DNA of 64,000 nt from Botryllus schlosseri (taxonomy: Eukaryota). The DNA lies in assembly GCA_051294905.1 (NCBI GenBank), contig CM119371.1, positions 26,352,001 through 26,416,000 on the forward strand, read 5' to 3'. Below are positions 58,304 through 64,000 of this stretch, piece by piece (position 1 is the stretch's first letter; every line of letters starts with the position of its first letter). The notes under the pieces were generated by a model. The model was not told where the DNA came from. It ran no database searches and saw only the letters and a list, made by a program, of their open reading frames with translations. The position numbers and the translations under genes are program-made.

Positions 58304-58943
58304 GTTATACAGATGTCGGATAATTTCCATGATCAAGTGTTCCCACGTGATTCGCTTATTGGCTATGGTACCCAACACAGTGACCTATAGAACATGCACA
58401 AATTAACAACAGTAAATTGCGTGAAGCGCGAAGAAATTAAGTAAAAAGCACATATCTACATATTAAAAGGTCGCTCTGGTGCAGTGGCAACCAAAAATTA
58501 TACCCTTCACGACCCATGTCACAAAATAGCCCCATAATACAATCAAGTAGAAACGAACAACGGTTATGTGTCATATCGGCGACCTATACTGACGATGGAT
58601 TAGATTTATTCAGCAAGCGCTTTGAGACAAGCAAACGTGGGACGGAATGATAGATTTCGATTGTCGGCCCGACGAAGATGAAGTAGTATTACAAGCTATA
58701 AATTTAAGGACATACTCAAACGAATGTCTGCGTTCCGCCATTGCCAGAAAAGAAAAATGACGAAAACTTTTCGAAGATACGTTTACGAAGCGTCTTGTGA
58801 GGAAGAAAATGAAGTTACCCACTACACTCTCAGTATACATATCCGAAAAAAGCAGAAGGCTACCATGCGATGAAACCCCACCGTTGAGGCGAATAGACAG
58901 CATAATTGTATGCTTGGCCACAATCTTCCAAATCGTTCTAGCT

Positions 58944-60362
58944 CAGTGGTTCTCAGCCGGGGGTCCGCGGACCCCTAGGGGTCCGCGAAGCAATTTCAGG
59001 GGGTCCGCGAGACCTCTAAATTTTTAAAATGGTTGATAACCTAATTTTTGTTTTATTTTTTAATTTGAGAAAGCATGAGGCCGTTTCGCACGACACCACA
59101 ACTGCTAAAATCTCATGACTCATATCGTCATATAATAATCGTCTGACATGGACGTAGTGTGGAAACTCATTTTCATTGCCAATTTTCCAATAACCTGCTG
59201 ATACAAACATATTGCTGTTTAGAGACGTTTTGTTGGGGTTTGTGGAAAAAATAAAAATATGGAGATAGTAACGTCAATCAGGGTGACTTCGTAATGTCTG
59301 CTAAACCTTCTCGATTTGAAGTTGTCAGTCTTATCAAATTAGTGAACAGTCGTTTGAAATACAAATTTCTGAAGTATTTCCATAATTTGTCCCAATACAG
59401 GGAACAGCTTCTTGGAGGTACAGAACTTTAATATACAATTGCATAGTAGGCCTATATTCATATTGAAATGAAGCCGAATATTTTCGGCATACACTCGTCA
59501 TAAATCGGACAATGATATACCTGCTCTTAAAGCTCGGCTATTAGATTTGGCTCATTCATATTGCGGAATGCGGATGTTTTGATAAACAAGGAGTGTTTCG
59601 TTGCTATCAAAGCATTACGCTCCAACCCTGAAATTCATATCACCAGTTTTATTGGTATGCAGCCTTGTCTTGTTAATGTTCAATTGTTCATGGTCGAAAA
59701 TGTTTGCTCGTGTACAGAACAAGTCGTTTCATGACAGTCTTTCTCTGGTAGGAAAACTTGGATCCATTCTTTGGAGCATACTATTTCTCTATAATACTTT
59801 TAGATTAGGATTTCACTTTGACGGTAGAAACTCTCTGCGGGCCGATCAAAATGCCGTTGCGGACTGAATCCGGCCCGCGGTCCGTATGTTGCCCATCCCT
59901 GCGCTAGATGCTGGACGCGATATGTTCATAAAATATGTGTTTCTTCATTTTGGTGCCATAAATGTTGCGATCACACCAAAAGTATCGTCGGAAGCGTTAT
60001 TCGTTAATATTGCATTAGCCTCCATCTATCTTTGCGGAAATGGTTTTCGGCACTCCTCGTTCATATCAAAACGAAGACGTGGATTATCAAGACACGACCA
60101 CGTAGCCTACTTCAAGAAATACAGCAGCAAAATTAGCTTTGAGATAATAGAAGTCCACCAATTTTTAGATAAATTGTATGATGTTATCTTCAAGAAAAAT
60201 CATTATTTTGCTGTTTATCACAAGCCTACAGTTCATATTTGCACAAGACAGATGAAGGTTGCACCATAATAGAGCTAAAATTGAACTAAAACTTGAGGGG
60301 GTCCGCGAGAGGCCGTGACGGTCAAAAGGGGTCCGCGAAGCCAAAAAGGTTGAGAACCACTG
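58944..60362. mobile_element. Buster/Charlie-type hAT derivative (GGGGTCCGCG subterminal repeats)
   Basis: TIR CAGTGGTTCTCA...TGAGAACCACTG; perfect TSD TTCTAGCT; frameshifted 'SIYLC.NGFSAL..HIKTK' remnant at ~60020-60080. Confidence 0.85.
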
Positions 60363-61070
60363 TTCTAGCTGCTGTAGTCTTCTGTTTGAAAAGACGTGGA
60401 ATGACGCATCAGAAGCCCCAGGATAATGTAACAAAAGGGCGAGATAGTAGATCTGATATGTTGTTTGATTTTTATGCCTGAAGAGCATTGACTTCACCGT
60501 AGAATAACCTGGAATTTTTGGCTACAATGCAATTATATTTTCCTACCTTACTTATACCCAATATTGCAGACCTGTCAATTACGCTTACGACCGCAACATT
60601 GGATTCTTCTTCAACTGCAGCAAATTGTAGATTTAAAACAGCGTCGGAACTTATGAAGCTTTGCTATTTCTTATTTCACAGGTGGAATAATGCGATGTAT
60701 CGCCAGACGACACTTTCATGGTTAATAGAATATGTACTTTTGAAGATAAGATGTAGAGTGTAGACATGATAAGATAGTAAACTATCAAGGGCGACTCTGC
60801 GTTTCTTTACATGCCAAATCGAATCGTAGATGGTGGTTGAAGCCAAACTCACATTCATTAATACTTGTTTATTGCCCTACTTGAGTGTTCAGTCACGGTT
60901 GTGTGCTGCAAAATCGAATGCACATTGCATATGCACAATGCACATAAGTGAATTGCAGACTATCCCACTCCTAAGTGGGATGAAGTTTCAGATTAGGTAT
61001 ATTATACTTGACTCATTGACAACTCCGTCCCACAGGGATGTAATTACGATTAATATCGTGTGTTATTACT

Positions 61071-61898
61071 TAGGCGATTTTTTTACCTGAAAAATCAAAA
61101 TTTTGACTCCAAAAACTTAATTTTGACCGAATTTTTAACTAGCGTAAGCAAATTATAGGTGATTTCTCCACAAAATGTTAGAATTGTACTACTTATCTTC
61201 ATTTCTGGTTGGAACTGTATGTCCTTGCGAAGTAGTTGGGCCTGAAAACTTTTTTGCCTTAAAATCTGACAAATTTTCACATGAAAAAACTTTATTTTAC
61301 AACAATCTGGCCCTACGAAGAATTCCAGTAGTTAGATCGCTTATTATATTGGAAATAATTAAAATTTGCTGTGGTAAAACAACGAATGATGCTTTCCTGC
61401 ATTCTCGGGTAGAAAGTGTCTGTCCTTACTAAGTAGCTTGCCAAGAATGGAGAAAGAACATTTAACAGCAGCCGTTGTTGGCTGGCAACACTGAAGTTGT
61501 GCGTGCACTGCTGGCGACACACCGTGTTGCTTCATTCTGACAATGATGTCTACATCACAATTTTTCATCATGCGCTTCTGTCCGGTGCCCAAGCAGTCTT
61601 GCTTCAATCAGGATATTGCGATACGTTGAGCATAACACCATGTCAACTTATTTTTTCCTCTGAATGTTTATGATTTACAATGAGCGCACATTGGACCGTC
61701 TACAGCGGTTGACCTATCAAGTAGCCTACAAGCTGTAACATATCAAATGATAAGTTCTCTAACAGTGCAAAATCTACGATACAAACGAAATGTTGGTAAC
61801 AATTTTTTTACCTTGTAAGCAATTTTGACATTTTATGACCTAACGCTACAATTTTGACAAAATTATGACTTTTTTGACATGTCAAGAAAAATCGCTTT
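61071..61898. mobile_element. Unclassified TIR element, inverted copy 2 of 49159-50023
   Basis: Reverse-complement similarity along the whole length. Confidence 0.7.
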
Positions 61899-63491
61899 CG
61901 TTATTATTAAGCATGTACCATATCTACGTCTACGGCAGTTTGTGCCGATTCATATGGGTACAACATTGAAAAGTAAGTTAATGTTACAATAGCTGGACTT
62001 TTCCAAACCAACTACCTTCTCTACCTGACATAGCCATTCGAAATTTCTCCAAGTAATTTTACCTCAACTAGCTTTGACTGACCTTGGAAATTGCTTGGTC
62101 TGCTTTCGTAGAATGGACCAAATAATATATTTCTTCTGGCTCTGATTCATTAGTGTAACTATCGTGCCAACGATGTTGATATAAGTAGTTCCAAATTGAA
62201 ATGGAAAACATAGTCTTGAAATTTGTCATAAATACATTTGAAACGAACACGCAGGGTCGCATGCGGATGTACCGCGGTGTAGTTGCAGCATATAAACAAG
62301 GTCATTTTGTGAGGGAAGGACATCTTGACGATCTTGCTTCGCGGTTTGTATATTCCGAATTGGCTTCTGAAGTGGAGTCACGTCGCTAAGTCCTATGTAT
62401 GCTAACACCATGGGTTCCCAACAGGTGGTGTGCGTACGGTACGACTAGTGGCACGCGAGTGCCGTCCGTGTTTTCAAAAAAATTCACCACGTTATATTCT
62501 GTTCAGCATGTGTTTGAATAGGGTCACCATATTTCTGCCACCCAAATTGTGGACACTCTTTAGCGCCCACTAGCGGATTTCAAAATAAGTTATGACATCC
62601 CAATAGCAAAGCTTTGCTCATAGACCAGAGTTGGTCACGATCCGGTTCAGGAGCAAGTGAATGTGTGTTGTGTGACCAGGAGCGAATTCATATGTTTCCA
62701 GCCCCTTCCGACCAAATAAACAATGATTCTGAGCCCGCACTATAGCGTAATCGAAGCAACTTCTGGGGGGAGGAGTTTTTTCTATATGAATCTGGTTTCT
62801 ATATGCATCTGGTCGGTATTATATTATTCGAATGAATTCTGTCAATAATATTGGTTGTTCCATATATTACTTTATAGATACTACTCTCCACCCATATGAT
62901 CAGAGTTAACGGTAGAGCTGGCGGAGGACGATCAGTTCGAAAATACAGAGAACGCAATTGCACATCGTTAAAGGACATCTTCATCGGTTAAATCGACTTT
63001 CCCTTATTCGGTAGATATATTTCCACTGATTTTGAAAATCAATACCGTTTTGGCAGAAAATGAGTAATTTTTAAGATATCGGGCGTAAAACAGCAACCTC
63101 CGGCTGAAACGACACAAAATCGCTCGAGTGTATGATGACGTCGGATTGTGTGCAGTTTTATTTCTGTTGCTCACTTACCGAGTGCCATACGTGTATGTTT
63201 GGTGATCTGTTGGCTTGTTACTTATTTCTGTTGAAGTGATTGGCGATTTTCGCGTGTATAAAGGAATATGGACAGAGTAGATAGCAGACTATCGAAGAGG
63301 AGACGAAAAAATGGTAAACGATGCGTGGGTTACGGGTGCTCAAATGACTCTTTATACAGAACCCTAGGTTTCGTTTCCCGGAAAACAGTCTAAACCTATA
63401 AGGGACAAGGCATGGGTTGATACGGTTGGGAGAACGAGGAAACGCCAAGGAACGCCGAAAAATCATCCGTATTCTTATGTTGTGTTTTGTG

Positions 63492-63921
63492 TAGGCTTAC
63501 CATATTTTGGAAATGAAAAAAGAGGACACTTTTTCAGAAATTTGCAAGATGCAAAACCGGAGTAGAATTCTCAAAAACCGGTGAATTTTTTCCCACTTTA
63601 TAATCGGTTGACTAAAAAAAAAAAAGTCATCACTCTTCCGCTCAGAGCTCAAAATAAAGTTTTTTTCTCCACATTACCAGGTGGATGATTAAAAAAAATA
63701 AAAAAAATAAAGGTCATCTTTTCGCTCAGAGCTGAAATCACCGTTTTTCACTCCCAAATATCCGCCGGCATATCTGCGGCACATCACTTGCAATTTGATC
63801 TAAATCTTACCTAAATTTTCAAAAAAGAGGACAAAAAATTAAAAAAAGAGGACAAAAGGCCGTCCTCCGAGGACACTTTAAAAAAAGTCAAAAATGAGGA
63901 CAAATCCGTATGGTAAGCCTA
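63492..63921. mobile_element. hAT-Blackjack-like MITE (AGAGGACA subfamily)
   Basis: TIR TAGGCTTACCATA...TATGGTAAGCCTA; perfect TSD GTTTTGTG; fragments at ~16875-17190 and ~44245-44468. Confidence 0.85.
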
Positions 63922-64000
63922 GTTTTGTGTTTCAACCATTTCAAACAGGAATGCTTTGTGCCTATAAACGATCTTCACAAGCAGGCTGGTTTTCGATATT

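Overview
AT-rich eukaryotic (metazoan) genomic DNA with GT-AG introns and dense nested DNA-transposon relics. Minimal introns of 54-80 nt and the gene and repeat types suggest an invertebrate chordate such as an ascidian; this is inference only. The main content is one intact 16-exon gene on the minus strand (CDS 38821->3193, 2397 nt, 798 aa), which I assembled by hand with every splice phase consistent. It encodes: signal peptide - 'SHFRGG'-type N-terminal module - EGF - ZP-N/ZP-C - furin site - GPI-like tail. Its introns and the 39-64 kb region are packed with non-autonomous hAT elements (Buster/Charlie, Blackjack, Tip100-like and a divergent 'FCGGLAT' clade), a Chapaev3-like element, a Kolobok-like TTAA element, foldback MITEs and tRNA-derived SINEs. 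Many keep intact TSDs and several are nested three deep. There are also three decayed coding-like segments (0.3-1.3 kb, a 41-42 kb TPR-like one, 42.7-44.3 kb) and a local tandem duplication (50.2-55.5 kb). I found no prokaryotic system, CRISPR array, rRNA or true tRNA. Most ORFs in the supplied track are spurious.
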